DNA from: Alistipes sp.
GTDB lineage: Bacteria > Bacteroidota > Bacteroidia > Bacteroidales > Rikenellaceae
NCBI GenBank assembly: GCA_045644085.1
Contig: JAZRGH010000011.1
Location: 2,730 to 66,729 of the forward strand
Length of the DNA stretch: 64,000 nucleotides
Direction of reading: 5' to 3'
The translations under genes were made by a program, and so were the position numbers. Under the pieces are notes generated by a model. That model saw only the letters and a list, made by a program, of their open reading frames with translations. It was not told the DNA's origin and did not search any database. Of this stretch, positions 10,501 to 21,066 are shown in pieces. Every line of letters begins with the position of its first letter. The stretch's first letter is position 1.

Positions 10501-10529
10501 AAGGCGCAATGGGAGCCATTGCGCCTTTT
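10501..10529. terminator. Hairpin/terminator
   Basis: AAGGCGCAATGG / CCATTGCGCCTT, 12-bp stem. Confidence 0.7.
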
Positions 10530-10551
10530 AGGTCAAAACTTGTTGTTTTAA

Positions 10552-10833
10552 TTAGTCGTGCAATGCGCTCAACTTCTCGAACAACTTGCCAAAACCCTCT
10601 ACCATCTCGTTACGGAATGCAGCATAATACTTACGTACGAGCGATGCATTCTTTGGCTCAACAGGATTATTAGCCTTATGATAGAGCTCGTTGCGAAGCT
10701 CTACACCCTCCTGCATGATTGCGAAAATCTCCTGTTCCTTGTCCGGACGGAAATAGATAGTCATGTCGCAATCAAACACCAACTCTTCGAGACGATAGTC
10801 GATCTCTTTCTTCAAAAATCGTAAATTTGCCAT
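10552..10833 (-). CDS. Small conserved hypothetical protein (Bacteroidota type)
   Basis: 93-aa helical ORF starting MANLRFLKKEID, with host-like codon usage and a TATCTTTG box at 10868-10875 (- strand). Confidence 0.7.
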   Translation of the reverse strand: MANLRFLKKEIDYRLEELVFDCDMTIYFRPDKEQEIFAIMQEGVELRNELYHKANNPVEPKNASLVRKYYAAFRNEMVEGFGKLFEKLSALHD

Positions 10834-10935
10834 AGTCTTATCTTATTTTATTGTTCTTTCGTAGGTACAAAGATAAGAAAAAAAGAATATGGTGCAAAGA
10901 TTTTCGAACTTTTTTATCGTTTTTACTCTATTTTT

Positions 10936-11808
10936 TTACCAATATACGGCCTCATATCCGCCTTTGGCATTCTTTTTATCGGCCTTTCGAGCCTTGCGCT
11001 GATTGCGTTTATTCTCATCGCTGTCAACATAGCTATGACGTGGTGTTGCTATAATAACGCCCATCTCTTCATCGACAACCACAACCTCGGGTTGAGCCGG
11101 CTGTGATGTCTGAATAGGCTTTGCAGGTTCTGTTTTAGGCGCAATAGTTGTGCGTGTAACAAACTCGTCAACGCCATAATCAAACTCGATGTCGGCATAT
11201 CGCATCTGAGGCAAAATTTGTGTTGCAAGATATCGCCACGACTCCGGCAGTTTGCGTAGAGCACTCTCCTTCTGAGACTCGGTGTGATTGGTCGATTTAA
11301 GAATTGCCAACACCTGCTCCTTTTGCGGAATATCAGATTTTTCTACCGCAGCGACGCAATCGCTCCATTTAAAAGTTTTGTGCTGAGTATCAATTTTCTG
11401 CTCCGGATGGTAGGTATTTACCGCGTAGTGATACAACGACTGTGCGCGCTTAGAGGCCAAAGTGTCATTCAGAGTGGTATTACCATCAGGCGAGGCATAA
11501 CCTACAATGTGAATCGCAGAGATATGCATCGTAGAGTCCTGGCTCTGCGCCATAAAGTCCTTTAACTCGGCAATTTGCTGAGTATTATCAGAATAGGAAG
11601 GTACAATATTAGCCTTATTGATGGCATAATGCACATCAAATTCGGCATTTTTACCTTCATTGTGAGGAATTTTGTAGCGCGTTGTAATAACGTCGCCGCT
11701 ACGGGTTTGCGATACAAGAACGGCATTTGCAGCCGGAGCCTGATTGCTTTGAGCCGAAACCACAGTGCTTACACCCAAAGCCAAAACGGAAAGTAAAATC
11801 TTTTTCAT
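10936..11808 (-). CDS. Secreted OmpA-like (peptidoglycan-binding) domain protein
   Basis: Signal peptide MKKILLSVLALGV. IVGYASPDG..LNDTLASKRA OmpA-like motif. Confidence 0.7.
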   Translation of the reverse strand: MKKILLSVLALGVSTVVSAQSNQAPAANAVLVSQTRSGDVITTRYKIPHNEGKNAEFDVHYAINKANIVPSYSDNTQQIAELKDFMAQSQDSTMHISAIHIVGYASPDGNTTLNDTLASKRAQSLYHYAVNTYHPEQKIDTQHKTFKWSDCVAAVEKSDIPQKEQVLAILKSTNHTESQKESALRKLPESWRYLATQILPQMRYADIEFDYGVDEFVTRTTIAPKTEPAKPIQTSQPAQPEVVVVDEEMGVIIATPRHSYVDSDENKRNQRKARKADKKNAKGGYEAVYW

Positions 11809-11860
11809 TTTCTTGTTGTATTGGTTTGTACGCCTAAACCAAACAACAACCAGACCAAAC

Positions 11861-11888
11861 GAAAAACGTAAAGCGAAAAACGAAGAAC
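11861..11888 (-). repeat. Degenerate 7-bp tandem array (GTTTTTC type)
   Basis: + strand reads gaaaaac|gtaaagc|gaaaaac|gaagaac. Confidence 0.65.
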
Positions 11889-11925
11889 TTTTAGTGAAAT
11901 TTGAGCACCGAAATAGAGCTAACAA

Positions 11926-13380
11926 CTATTGATTTTCTTCGGGCTTGCGAACAATCTTATAACCTACAATTGCCATTAGCAACGACATCAACGGACTTAT
12001 AAGATTAAATAAGCAGCATGGCAAATAGGTCATAGTGGCGACTCCGAGCACTGTGGACTGAGTCATACCGCACGAATTCCAAGGTATAAGCACAGATACA
12101 ACCGTCGCAGCATCCTCTACCGAGCGGCTCAATAATCGACCTTCCAATCCACGCTTTTTATATAGTTCTCGGAAGGTTTCGCCCGTAATGATAATAGATA
12201 TATATTGATCGGCAATTAATATATTTGCAAAGATTCCCGTAGCAAGAGTCGAAGCGACAATACTTGCCGTACGATAAACAAATTTAGCAAACAATCGGGT
12301 TATTGCCGACAACATTCCGCTACCCGACATTACTCCACCAAAACACATCGCACACAATACGAGCCAAATGGTATTGAGCATACCCTGCATTCCGGAAGTT
12401 GCAACCAAGTCATTCACCATGGCATTTCCCGTATCCAGCGATGTAGAGGTGGAGCATATCTGTATTAATGCACGGAAGGTTGAATACTCCCCTCCGCCTC
12501 CAATCTCCTGTACAATTTCGGGCTGAAAGATAACCATAGCCACACACGCCATAGCGACAGACAGAAAGAGTGTAACAAGGGCAGGTAATCGTCTGGCTAT
12601 AAGTACCATGGTCACAAAAGGCACAATCAACAACCAAGCCGAAATATTAAATGAATTATTCAACACATCGGATAGTTCGGCAACATTTACCACATTATTG
12701 GCCGCATACGTAAAGCTTACTATTAAAAAGACAACCAGGGCTATCGCAAACGAAGGGATAGTGGTGATAGTCATATATCGTATGTGCTCAAAAAGAGATA
12801 CTCGCACCGTAGAAGAAGCTAGCACCGTAGTATCTGACAAGGCAGATATTTTATCACCAAAATAGGCACCTGAAATAATAGCGCCGGCAACCCAGCCTTC
12901 CGAAAAACCCTGCGCCTCACCTACTCCCATAAGTGCAACACCGATTGTAGCAATTGTAGTCCACGAGCTACCCGTAACAATAGCCACAATGGCGCATATA
13001 ATACATGCTACGGCAAGAAAGACTTTCGGGTGAATTATATGTAAGCCGTAATACATCAGCGTAGGCACTACTCCACTCAGCATCCACGTTCCGGCCACTG
13101 CACCAATTAGCAACAGAATAATAATTGCAGAGGCCGAGGTCTTTATATTTTCGGCAATGGCTTTTTCGAGAGTTGACCATTTGCAACGACATATCACAAT
13201 AGCAATAAACGCAGCAACAGATGATGCAACCAATAACGCAATTTGGCTACTACCTTCGACTGCATCAACACCAAATACTTTAATAACAAGCGCAAGTATT
13301 GTAACGAGCACGGCAATCGGAATTAATGCCATCAATACCGTTGTTTCTCTCTCCTCAAATAAAATTTTATGCATTTTCAT
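11926..13380 (-). CDS. nhaC: NhaC-family Na+/H+ antiporter
   Basis: GSSWTTIATIG, GAIISGAYFGDKIS and LIPWNSCG motifs. Polytopic membrane protein. Confidence 0.88.
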   Translation of the reverse strand: MKMHKILFEERETTVLMALIPIAVLVTILALVIKVFGVDAVEGSSQIALLVASSVAAFIAIVICRCKWSTLEKAIAENIKTSASAIIILLLIGAVAGTWMLSGVVPTLMYYGLHIIHPKVFLAVACIICAIVAIVTGSSWTTIATIGVALMGVGEAQGFSEGWVAGAIISGAYFGDKISALSDTTVLASSTVRVSLFEHIRYMTITTIPSFAIALVVFLIVSFTYAANNVVNVAELSDVLNNSFNISAWLLIVPFVTMVLIARRLPALVTLFLSVAMACVAMVIFQPEIVQEIGGGGEYSTFRALIQICSTSTSLDTGNAMVNDLVATSGMQGMLNTIWLVLCAMCFGGVMSGSGMLSAITRLFAKFVYRTASIVASTLATGIFANILIADQYISIIITGETFRELYKKRGLEGRLLSRSVEDAATVVSVLIPWNSCGMTQSTVLGVATMTYLPCCLFNLISPLMSLLMAIVGYKIVRKPEENQ

Positions 13381-13419
13381 GAGGCAAAGATATATATTTT
13401 AGGGAGAACTTTTTATAAA

Positions 13420-13454
13420 GTTTTCCGTTTTCTGCTTTTAGTTTTGCGTTTTTC
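13420..13454 (+). repeat. Degenerate 7-bp tandem array (GTTTTCC type)
   Basis: gttttcc|gttttct|gctttta|gttttgc|gtttttc. Confidence 0.7.
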
Positions 13455-13458
13455 TTCG

Positions 13459-13466
13459 TATCTTTG
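13459..13466 (+). promoter_or_regulatory. -7 promoter box for the DUF349-yidC operon (divergent nhaC box at 13385-13392, - strand)
   Basis: TATCTTTG. Confidence 0.7.
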
Positions 13467-13517
13467 TCGGGTTATACCATATAAGGTATAAAGTGTAAAA
13501 CTAAACAGAAGCATATT

Positions 13518-15344
13518 ATGGCTACCAAGACTACTATCGAAGTTCCCGTAGAGGAACAGACTATTCAAAGCGAAATTGCTACACAAGAGCATGTAGATGA
13601 GAACGTTACCACACCGGAAATTCACTCTGACGAAGCTGAATCCGCTGTTGAAGAGATTACCAAGCTCGACAAAGATGGAATACTTGCCCGTCTTGCCGAG
13701 AAGGTATCGGAGGAGTCCTCTGCTGAGTTGCGTAGCGAAGTAGAAGCATTGAAGGTAGCATTCTACAAACTGCATCGTGCCGACATGGAGGCTCGTCGCA
13801 AATCATTCTTCGAGGAGTATGGAGCAGATGCAGAGTATAAACCTCAAACCGACGAAGCAGAAAATCGTTTCAAAGAGTTGTATAACATCTATCGCTCGAA
13901 GCGAGATGAAGCCGCAGCCCTTTCCGACAAGGAGAAGGAGGATAACTACAAAGCAAAGTTGGCTATTATCGAAGAGTTGAAACAGTTGGTAGATTCGGAG
14001 GAGGCTCTCAACACCACCTTCGCAAAGTTCCACGATTTGCAGACTCGTTGGCGCGCTATCGGTCAAGTTCCACAAGCAAAGGTTGCAGACATATACGAGA
14101 CATACAATCTCCATATCGAGAATTTCTATGACTATGTAAAAATCAATAAGGAGTTGCGTGATCTCGATTGGAAGAGAAATCTCGAAGCGAAGAGCGCACT
14201 TTGCGAGCAGGCGGAGGCTTTGGCCGAAGCAACGGCTATTGTCGAGGCATTCCACAAATTGCAAAAGTTACACGAGGAGTGGCGTGAGATTGGCCCTGTA
14301 TCAATGGAGCACAAGGAGGTTATGTGGGAACGCTTCAAAGCAGCATCAACAATCATCAATCGTCGTCACCAAGAGCACTTCGAGAATATCAAAGCTGAGC
14401 AAGTACGCAACTTCGAGCGCAAATCGGCTCTCTGCGAGGAGATCGAGAAGATGATTTCGGAAGCACCGACATCGCACAAAATTTGGATAAAGGCAAGCGA
14501 GAGATTGCAAGCTATTCAGGCGGAATGGCGCACTATCGGTTTTGCTCCAAAGAAGGACAACAATAAAGTATATGACCGTTTCCGTACCGCTTGCGACAAG
14601 TTCTTCGAGACAAAGCACGCTTTCTATTCCGAGGCAAAAGATGACATGGCAAAGAGCTTGGAGATTAAGAACTCTCTTTGCGAGCGTGCCGAGGCTATCG
14701 CCGAGCGCGAGGATTGGGCAAAGGCAACCGAGGAGTTGCTGGCATTACAGGCAGAATGGAAGAAGTCGGGCACAGTTGCAAGAAAGTACGCTGATGCTAT
14801 TTGGAAGCGATTCCGTGCTGCTTGCGACAAATTCTTCGAGCGCAAATCGCAACACTTCTCATCGGTGGACAACGAATATTCGGCAAATCTTGCTGCCAAA
14901 CAGGCTCTATTGGAAGAGATGGCTCAGGCAGAGGTAAAGACATTCGATGACATCAAAGAATTCCAGCGACGTTGGAGCGAGATTGGCTTCGTGCCTATTC
15001 GCCACAAGGAGGAGTTACATAAGCAGTACAAGGCTGCTCTCGATAAACTTTTTGCTACAATCCGCAATGCAGATCGCGAGCAACAAATCAACAAATTCAA
15101 GAATAAGGTTTCTTCTATGCGCGAAGCGGGCGACAAGCGACTCCGTTCCGAGCGAGAGAAACTGTATAATCGCGTAAAGCAACTCGAACAGGAGATTCAA
15201 ACCCTGGAAAACAACATCGGTTTCTTCGCTAAGTCGAAGGGCGCCGAGGCGATGATCATCTCCGTTCAAGAGAAGATCTCTCGTGCAAAACAAGATATGG
15301 CAGATGCTATTGAGCGAGTAAAGTTGATCGATTCACAAGAGTAA
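13518..15344 (+). CDS. DUF349 domain-containing protein
   Basis: Repeated helical units of the form W..IG.VP...W.RF..A.DKFF. Confidence 0.85.
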   Translation: MATKTTIEVPVEEQTIQSEIATQEHVDENVTTPEIHSDEAESAVEEITKLDKDGILARLAEKVSEESSAELRSEVEALKVAFYKLHRADMEARRKSFFEEYGADAEYKPQTDEAENRFKELYNIYRSKRDEAAALSDKEKEDNYKAKLAIIEELKQLVDSEEALNTTFAKFHDLQTRWRAIGQVPQAKVADIYETYNLHIENFYDYVKINKELRDLDWKRNLEAKSALCEQAEALAEATAIVEAFHKLQKLHEEWREIGPVSMEHKEVMWERFKAASTIINRRHQEHFENIKAEQVRNFERKSALCEEIEKMISEAPTSHKIWIKASERLQAIQAEWRTIGFAPKKDNNKVYDRFRTACDKFFETKHAFYSEAKDDMAKSLEIKNSLCERAEAIAEREDWAKATEELLALQAEWKKSGTVARKYADAIWKRFRAACDKFFERKSQHFSSVDNEYSANLAAKQALLEEMAQAEVKTFDDIKEFQRRWSEIGFVPIRHKEELHKQYKAALDKLFATIRNADREQQINKFKNKVSSMREAGDKRLRSEREKLYNRVKQLEQEIQTLENNIGFFAKSKGAEAMIISVQEKISRAKQDMADAIERVKLIDSQE

Positions 15345-15382
15345 AAACATATTATTTTTCTATACGATTTATTTTTTAGACA

Positions 15383-17281
15383 ATGAAAGAGAACAAAAGT
15401 ACGATTATAGGCTTTGTCCTTATGACCTTGGTATTCGTGGGTTATATGTTTTATGCGAACTACCAGGCAAAGAAACAACAAGAGGCTCAAACAACCGCAC
15501 AAATAGAGCAGCTTGCCGAGCAAGCATCACAAGCGCTTGACACTCCGGCCAAAGATGCCGTATCGGGAGCCACAAAGACAGAGAAGAAGGTTCCTGCAAA
15601 GTCAGCATTGGTAAGCGACGCTGCAAAGGTCGAGGAGATTGTTGTCGAAAATGACGTTATGCAGATTCGCTTTTCGACACTCGGCGCAAAGATTATGGAT
15701 GTAACCTTGAAGGATTACACCAAATATGCGCCAAAAGAGGAGCGTAACGAGTTGGTGCACCTCTTCGATCCGGAGTCGGCATATTTCAACATGTCGTACT
15801 ATTTGAAGGATAACCTTCATACTACCGAAATGGCAACGGCATATCGCAACTTCGAGTTATTGCCTATCGAGGAGTTGGGCAATAAGACCGTTATTACAAT
15901 GCGTCTGCCTGTTGGCGAGGGTTCAATTGAACACATCTACACCCTCTACAACGAGCAAAAGCCAGAGCGCGACTATCTCGTAGATTTCGAGGTGCGACTC
16001 AACGATATTGCCCCTTTGATGGCTAATCAGAGGAGCATTGCCATAGAATGGAGTAATCGTTCATATCAGAACGAGCGCAGTTTCAAGAATGAGAATATGT
16101 ACACCACTCTTGCATATCACTTCCCTGGCGAGGGAGATGTAGAGGATTTGGGCATTTCCGAGTCGGCGAAGGACAAGGATATTTCGGCTTCGGTTGATTG
16201 GGTATCGTTCAAGCAGCAGTTCTTCTCTTCGGCATTGATTGGTCGCTCAACTGTTTTTCGTCAGCCACAGGTTTCGTATAATACGGCAGAAGCTAAATCG
16301 GGATATATCAAAGATTTCGCGATGTCTTCGTCGGTGGACTACTCTCCGCAGACCTCTCAATACGACTTTTCGTTCTACCTCGGCCCTAACAAGTTCTCAT
16401 TGTTGAAGAAATTGACCGACGCGAATGGAGCATCGCTCGAAATGGAGCGTATTATTCCGCTCGGCTGGGTATTCTCTACATATATTAGCCGCTGGGTAGT
16501 AATTCCTGTTTTCGATTTCTTGCAGAAGTATATCGCATCATTTGGTTTGATTATTTTCATTCTCACGCTGTTGGTGAAGTTGGTTATCTTCCCTCTCACC
16601 TATAAGAGTTATCTTTCGACTGCAAAGATGCGAGTTATCAAGCCGGAGATTTATGCTTTGAACGCGAAATATCCTCGTCAGGAAGATGCAATGAAGAAGC
16701 AACAGGAGATGATGGCTCTCTACAACAAGGCGGGTATCAGTCCTATGGGTGGTTGTTTGCCGATGTTGATTCAGATGCCTATTCTGATCGCAATGTTCCG
16801 CTTCTTCCCTGCAAGTATCGAGTTGCGCGGTAAATCGTTCTTGTGGAGCGATGACCTCTCATCTTACGATAGCATTCTCGACTTGCCGTTCAACATTCCG
16901 TTCTACGGAGACCACGTTTCATTATTCTGTTTGTTGATGACGATTGTAATGTTCATCTACTCGTACATCAACTACCAGCAGCAGGGCTCGACACAGCCAC
17001 AGATGGCAGGCATGAAGTTTATGACCGTCTATATGATGCCGGCCATGATGTTGTTCTGGTTCAACGACTATGCGAGTGGACTTTGCTACTACTATCTCCT
17101 CTCGAACCTCTTTACCATTTTGCAGACTACGATTATACGTTTCACTTTGAACGACGAGAAGATTCTTGCCAAGATGACAGCTCGCGCAAAGAATACAAAG
17201 GGTAAGAAATCGCGTTTTCAACAACGCTACGAAGAGTTGATGAAACAGGCCGAGGCTCAGCAGAAACAGACTAAGCGATAA
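15383..17281 (+). CDS. yidC: Membrane protein insertase YidC
   Basis: N-terminal TM, periplasmic domain, GGCLPMLIQMP and FLWSDDLS motifs. Confidence 0.95.
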   Translation: MKENKSTIIGFVLMTLVFVGYMFYANYQAKKQQEAQTTAQIEQLAEQASQALDTPAKDAVSGATKTEKKVPAKSALVSDAAKVEEIVVENDVMQIRFSTLGAKIMDVTLKDYTKYAPKEERNELVHLFDPESAYFNMSYYLKDNLHTTEMATAYRNFELLPIEELGNKTVITMRLPVGEGSIEHIYTLYNEQKPERDYLVDFEVRLNDIAPLMANQRSIAIEWSNRSYQNERSFKNENMYTTLAYHFPGEGDVEDLGISESAKDKDISASVDWVSFKQQFFSSALIGRSTVFRQPQVSYNTAEAKSGYIKDFAMSSSVDYSPQTSQYDFSFYLGPNKFSLLKKLTDANGASLEMERIIPLGWVFSTYISRWVVIPVFDFLQKYIASFGLIIFILTLLVKLVIFPLTYKSYLSTAKMRVIKPEIYALNAKYPRQEDAMKKQQEMMALYNKAGISPMGGCLPMLIQMPILIAMFRFFPASIELRGKSFLWSDDLSSYDSILDLPFNIPFYGDHVSLFCLLMTIVMFIYSYINYQQQGSTQPQMAGMKFMTVYMMPAMMLFWFNDYASGLCYYYLLSNLFTILQTTIIRFTLNDEKILAKMTARAKNTKGKKSRFQQRYEELMKQAEAQQKQTKR

Positions 17282-17291
17282 TAACGTTGCA

Positions 17292-17864
17292 ATGGCATTT
17301 GTAGCAAACATATCGAATGACGATGTTGCTGCATTGGAAGCAGTACACTTCGATGGGCGTATCGAGGTCGTTGAGACCCCCGATGCGCTCACCGAAGCGT
17401 GTAAAATATTATCAAAAGAGAAATTGATCGGCTTCGACACCGAAACAAGACCTTCGTTTCAAGCAGGCGTAAGTCATAAAGTTTCGTTGTTGCAGCTATC
17501 TACTGCAAACGTCTGTTTCCTCATACGCCTAAATAAGCTTCCTCTCTCGCGTGAGATCATAGCGATATTATCGAGCAATGAGATAAAGAAAATCGGAGCA
17601 GATGTTCGCAACGATATCTCAGCGCTCAATAAGTTACGTCATTTTACGGCCAACGGTTTTATAGATTTGCAAAACGAGGTTGGCAAATACGGTATCGAGG
17701 ACAAGAGCCTGCGCAAGATCTCAGGCATCGTTCTCGGTAAAAAAGTTTCTAAGGCTCAACGATTGAGCAATTGGGCTGCCAATAAGCTCACTCCGCAACA
17801 GCAGATGTACGCAGCCACCGATGCGTGGGTATGCATCGAAATCTACAAGCAGCTAATGCGATAA
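17292..17864 (+). CDS. DEDDy 3'-5' exonuclease
   Basis: IGFDTET, LLQLS and YAATDAW motifs. Confidence 0.9.
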   Translation: MAFVANISNDDVAALEAVHFDGRIEVVETPDALTEACKILSKEKLIGFDTETRPSFQAGVSHKVSLLQLSTANVCFLIRLNKLPLSREIIAILSSNEIKKIGADVRNDISALNKLRHFTANGFIDLQNEVGKYGIEDKSLRKISGIVLGKKVSKAQRLSNWAANKLTPQQQMYAATDAWVCIEIYKQLMR

Positions 17865-17875
17865 ATCCTCTCTAT

Positions 17876-19681
17876 ATGAAAAGGTTTACGTTAGCCATTG
17901 CCCTACTCTTCTCAATATCGGCAACGGCCCAGATCGTACCAGATTACGAGAAGTTATCAGCTCACCCTCGCCTCATCTTAAAGAGTGGCGATATCGAGGC
18001 AGTACGTCGAAAGATCAATGACGACTCAGCCCTAAAAGCCATTCATAACATCATTGAAGAGCGAGCCAACAACTATATGCTTGCCGAGCCGTGCAAACGC
18101 ACTCAGACAGGCAGACGACTACTGACCATATCTCGCAAGGTGTTAGAGCGAGTATGTTATTGTTCATACATGTATCTTATCGACGGAGATGAGATGTACG
18201 CCCGTCGAGCCGAGAAGGAGATGTTGGCCGCAGCAGATTTTAGCGATTGGAATCCGTCGCACTTCCTAGATGTCGGAGAGATGACCGCAGCCATGGCACT
18301 GGGCTACGACTGGCTTTATGATTGGCTCTCGCCAAAAAGTCGCGCAATAATCGAAGATGCCATTATCGAAAAGGGACTACGAACAGCAAAGCCGAACATG
18401 TGGTGGTATCGCGCAGACAACAACTGGAACCAAGTCTGCAATGGAGGTATGATCATGGGAGCATTAGCCGTTTATGAGCGTATCCCCGAGGAGGCTCAGA
18501 TAATGATTGAGCGTTCCCTAAAAGGCAATCCAAAGGCACAAACTTGTTATGCTCCCGACGGTGTATATCCCGAAGGTTTTGGCTATTGGGAGTATGGAAC
18601 ATGGTACGAGGTATTGCTGATAGAATCATTGCGTACTGCCCTCGGCACAAGTTTCGGCCTGGAAAAGTATCCCGGATTTTTAGAGTCTGCCAAGTTCATG
18701 AACTTCATGCAGGCACCTTCGGGAGAGGTTTTCAATTTTGCTGATAGCGGCAATCCTCTTAACACAATAAACCCTCTACTCTATTGGTTTGCCCTCGAAA
18801 CGAGTGATATGTCGCTCGTGTGGCAAGACAGAAAGCGTCTTCTCGACGAGGAACAAGTACGTGGCATAAATCGACACACACCGATAGCAATGCTCTTTGC
18901 CGCTCGATGCAATACGGAACATATATACCCGATAAAGGATAATTTTTGGGCAGGAGTAGGCAAGCAACCGCTCTTTATATATCGTAGCGGCTTCGAAAGC
19001 GAGCAGGATTGTTATCTCGCAGCCAAAGGAGGCTCTCCATCTAGCAATCATGCACACATGGACAGTGGCTCATTCATTTTCGAGTGGGGAGGCGTACGCT
19101 GGGCAAGCGATCTTGGCTCACAGAACTATAACTCTTTGGAGTCAAAAGGTGTCAAGCTATGGAGCCGAGGTCAAAATTCTCAACGTTGGCGGGTTTTCCG
19201 ATTAAACAACTATCCACACAACACACTTACAATAAACGACGAGTTGCACCTTGTAAATGGCATGGCAACGATTACAAAGATCTATGATTCGAAAGGTAAG
19301 CATGGTGCACAATTCGAGATGACATCTCTCCTGCCACAATTATCGAAAGCAACCCGAACTCTATATATAGACAAAGAAGATAAAGTAACCTGCATTGATC
19401 TTATTACAGCTAAACAGACCGATTGCAATGTGCGCTGGAATATGACCACGACAACGACTGCGCGCATCATAAATAACCAGACAATCTCTCTCACAAAAGA
19501 TGGCAAGGAGGTTATTATGCGAATTGTTGCGCCAAAGAGTGCAAAGGCTTACATCAAAGATAATAATCCACCGGAATCATACGACGCCCCAAACAAAGGC
19601 TCATGGCGTGTAGGTTTTGAATGTTTGGTTGCAGCAGGTAAAACCCAAGCGATAAAAGTGGAATTGATACCACAAAGATAA
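17876..19681 (+). CDS. Heparinase II/III family polysaccharide lyase, secreted
   Basis: Signal peptide, HPRL, WNPSHFLDVGE, NNWNQVCNGG, YPEGFGYW, NHAHMDSGSF and HNTL motifs. Confidence 0.85.
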   Translation: MKRFTLAIALLFSISATAQIVPDYEKLSAHPRLILKSGDIEAVRRKINDDSALKAIHNIIEERANNYMLAEPCKRTQTGRRLLTISRKVLERVCYCSYMYLIDGDEMYARRAEKEMLAAADFSDWNPSHFLDVGEMTAAMALGYDWLYDWLSPKSRAIIEDAIIEKGLRTAKPNMWWYRADNNWNQVCNGGMIMGALAVYERIPEEAQIMIERSLKGNPKAQTCYAPDGVYPEGFGYWEYGTWYEVLLIESLRTALGTSFGLEKYPGFLESAKFMNFMQAPSGEVFNFADSGNPLNTINPLLYWFALETSDMSLVWQDRKRLLDEEQVRGINRHTPIAMLFAARCNTEHIYPIKDNFWAGVGKQPLFIYRSGFESEQDCYLAAKGGSPSSNHAHMDSGSFIFEWGGVRWASDLGSQNYNSLESKGVKLWSRGQNSQRWRVFRLNNYPHNTLTINDELHLVNGMATITKIYDSKGKHGAQFEMTSLLPQLSKATRTLYIDKEDKVTCIDLITAKQTDCNVRWNMTTTTTARIINNQTISLTKDGKEVIMRIVAPKSAKAYIKDNNPPESYDAPNKGSWRVGFECLVAAGKTQAIKVELIPQR

Positions 19682-19691
19682 GGAGATAAAC

Positions 19692-21017
19692 ATGAAGATG
19701 AATAGAGAGATTTTCCGCATAGCGATACCCAATATCATATCAAACATAACCGTTCCACTTATGGGATTGGTTTCAACAGGTATTGTAGGTACATGGAGTG
19801 GCTCGGCTGAGATTATTGGAGCATTGGCACTCGGTGTTTCGATATTCAATTTCATCTATTGGAACTGCTCTTTTATCCGCATGGGAACAAGCGGTTTAAC
19901 AGCACAAGCTTATGGTGCCGGCGACTTCCACGAGACTACGGCCATGTTGGCTCGCGCAGTAGTTATATCGCTGGCATTAAGTGCATTAGTACTAATCTTC
20001 CAACGCCCGCTCGGAGAACTATCATTATGGCTGATGGGCGGTGATGAGGTTGTTGCCGATTACTTCTTTGCACGTATTTGGGCTGTTCCTGCGGGCATTC
20101 TGTTGTTTGGGCTCTATGGTTGGTTCGTAGGCATGCAGAACGGAGTAATTCCAATGGCAGTATCTATTACCGTCAATTCGCTACATATTATCTTTGGTTG
20201 GTGGTTTGTCTACTCCTTCGACATGGGCATAGTGGGTATCGCCTACGCATCGGTAGTATCACAATGGATTGGACTTGTATTGGCAACCATTTTGGTAATT
20301 ATATGCTTCCGCAAAACAATACGTAAGATTGTTCTGCGCGAGGTGTTAGACTTCGCTTCGATGAAGCGATTCTACAAAGTCAATGGCGATATTATCGTAC
20401 GCACATTCTGCAATGTAGGTGTCTACACCTTCTTTACTGCTGCTTCGGCACGAATGGGTGATGCCGCTATTCTGGCAGTAAACACTACACTGATGCAGTT
20501 GCTGATGTTATTCTCGTATATGAATGATGGATTTGCCTATGCAGCAGAAGCAATGACCGGTAGATTTATCGGAGCAAAGGATCTTCCTTCGCTAAAAAAA
20601 TGTTTGCGCTACTGTGTCGTTTGGACTTTTGCCACTGCGGCAATAGCCATTACTGCATATCTCGCAGGTTGGGAGTGGCTCTTTTCGTTCTTCCTCGGCA
20701 ATAGTTCCGAGCAAGAATTGGCAACGGTATTGGCAACTGCGAAAGAGTATATTGGCTGGATTGTAGTTATCCCACTCTTTGCCGCCATGCCGTTTATGCT
20801 CGATGGTGTCTATGCGGGAGCAACCCTCACACGAGCAATGCGAAACTCGATGGTATGGGCAACAATCGTATTTTTTGGCATCTACTATGCCCTACTGCCC
20901 GTTATCGGCAACGATGCATTATGGTTGGCATTTCTGATGTACATCATCTTCCGTCTTGTACTGCAATACTTTATGGCAGACAGATTGAGAGATATTTATC
21001 GTCAAATAGAGCAATAA
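19692..21017 (+). CDS. MATE (DinF-like) efflux transporter
   Basis: IAIPNIISNITVPL, RMGTSGLTAQAYG and DGFAYAAE motifs. About 12 TM segments. Confidence 0.9.
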   Translation: MKMNREIFRIAIPNIISNITVPLMGLVSTGIVGTWSGSAEIIGALALGVSIFNFIYWNCSFIRMGTSGLTAQAYGAGDFHETTAMLARAVVISLALSALVLIFQRPLGELSLWLMGGDEVVADYFFARIWAVPAGILLFGLYGWFVGMQNGVIPMAVSITVNSLHIIFGWWFVYSFDMGIVGIAYASVVSQWIGLVLATILVIICFRKTIRKIVLREVLDFASMKRFYKVNGDIIVRTFCNVGVYTFFTAASARMGDAAILAVNTTLMQLLMLFSYMNDGFAYAAEAMTGRFIGAKDLPSLKKCLRYCVVWTFATAAIAITAYLAGWEWLFSFFLGNSSEQELATVLATAKEYIGWIVVIPLFAAMPFMLDGVYAGATLTRAMRNSMVWATIVFFGIYYALLPVIGNDALWLAFLMYIIFRLVLQYFMADRLRDIYRQIEQ

Positions 21018-21053
21018 ACAAAATGCAGGATAATCTCCTGCATTTTGTTTATT
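21013..21053. terminator. Bidirectional terminator, 18-bp perfect stem
   Basis: AATAAACAAAATGCAGGA-taatc-TCCTGCATTTTGTTTATT. Confidence 0.85.
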
Positions 21054-21066
21054 ATGTTTATCCCGT

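Noticed and set aside
11809-11925. N-terminal extensions in the ORF track (also for the SDR, argS, pseudouridine synthase, fabI, clostripain and radA genes)
   Set aside because: Downstream ATGs give proper signal peptides or family starts, and the extensions overlap promoters or neighbouring genes.
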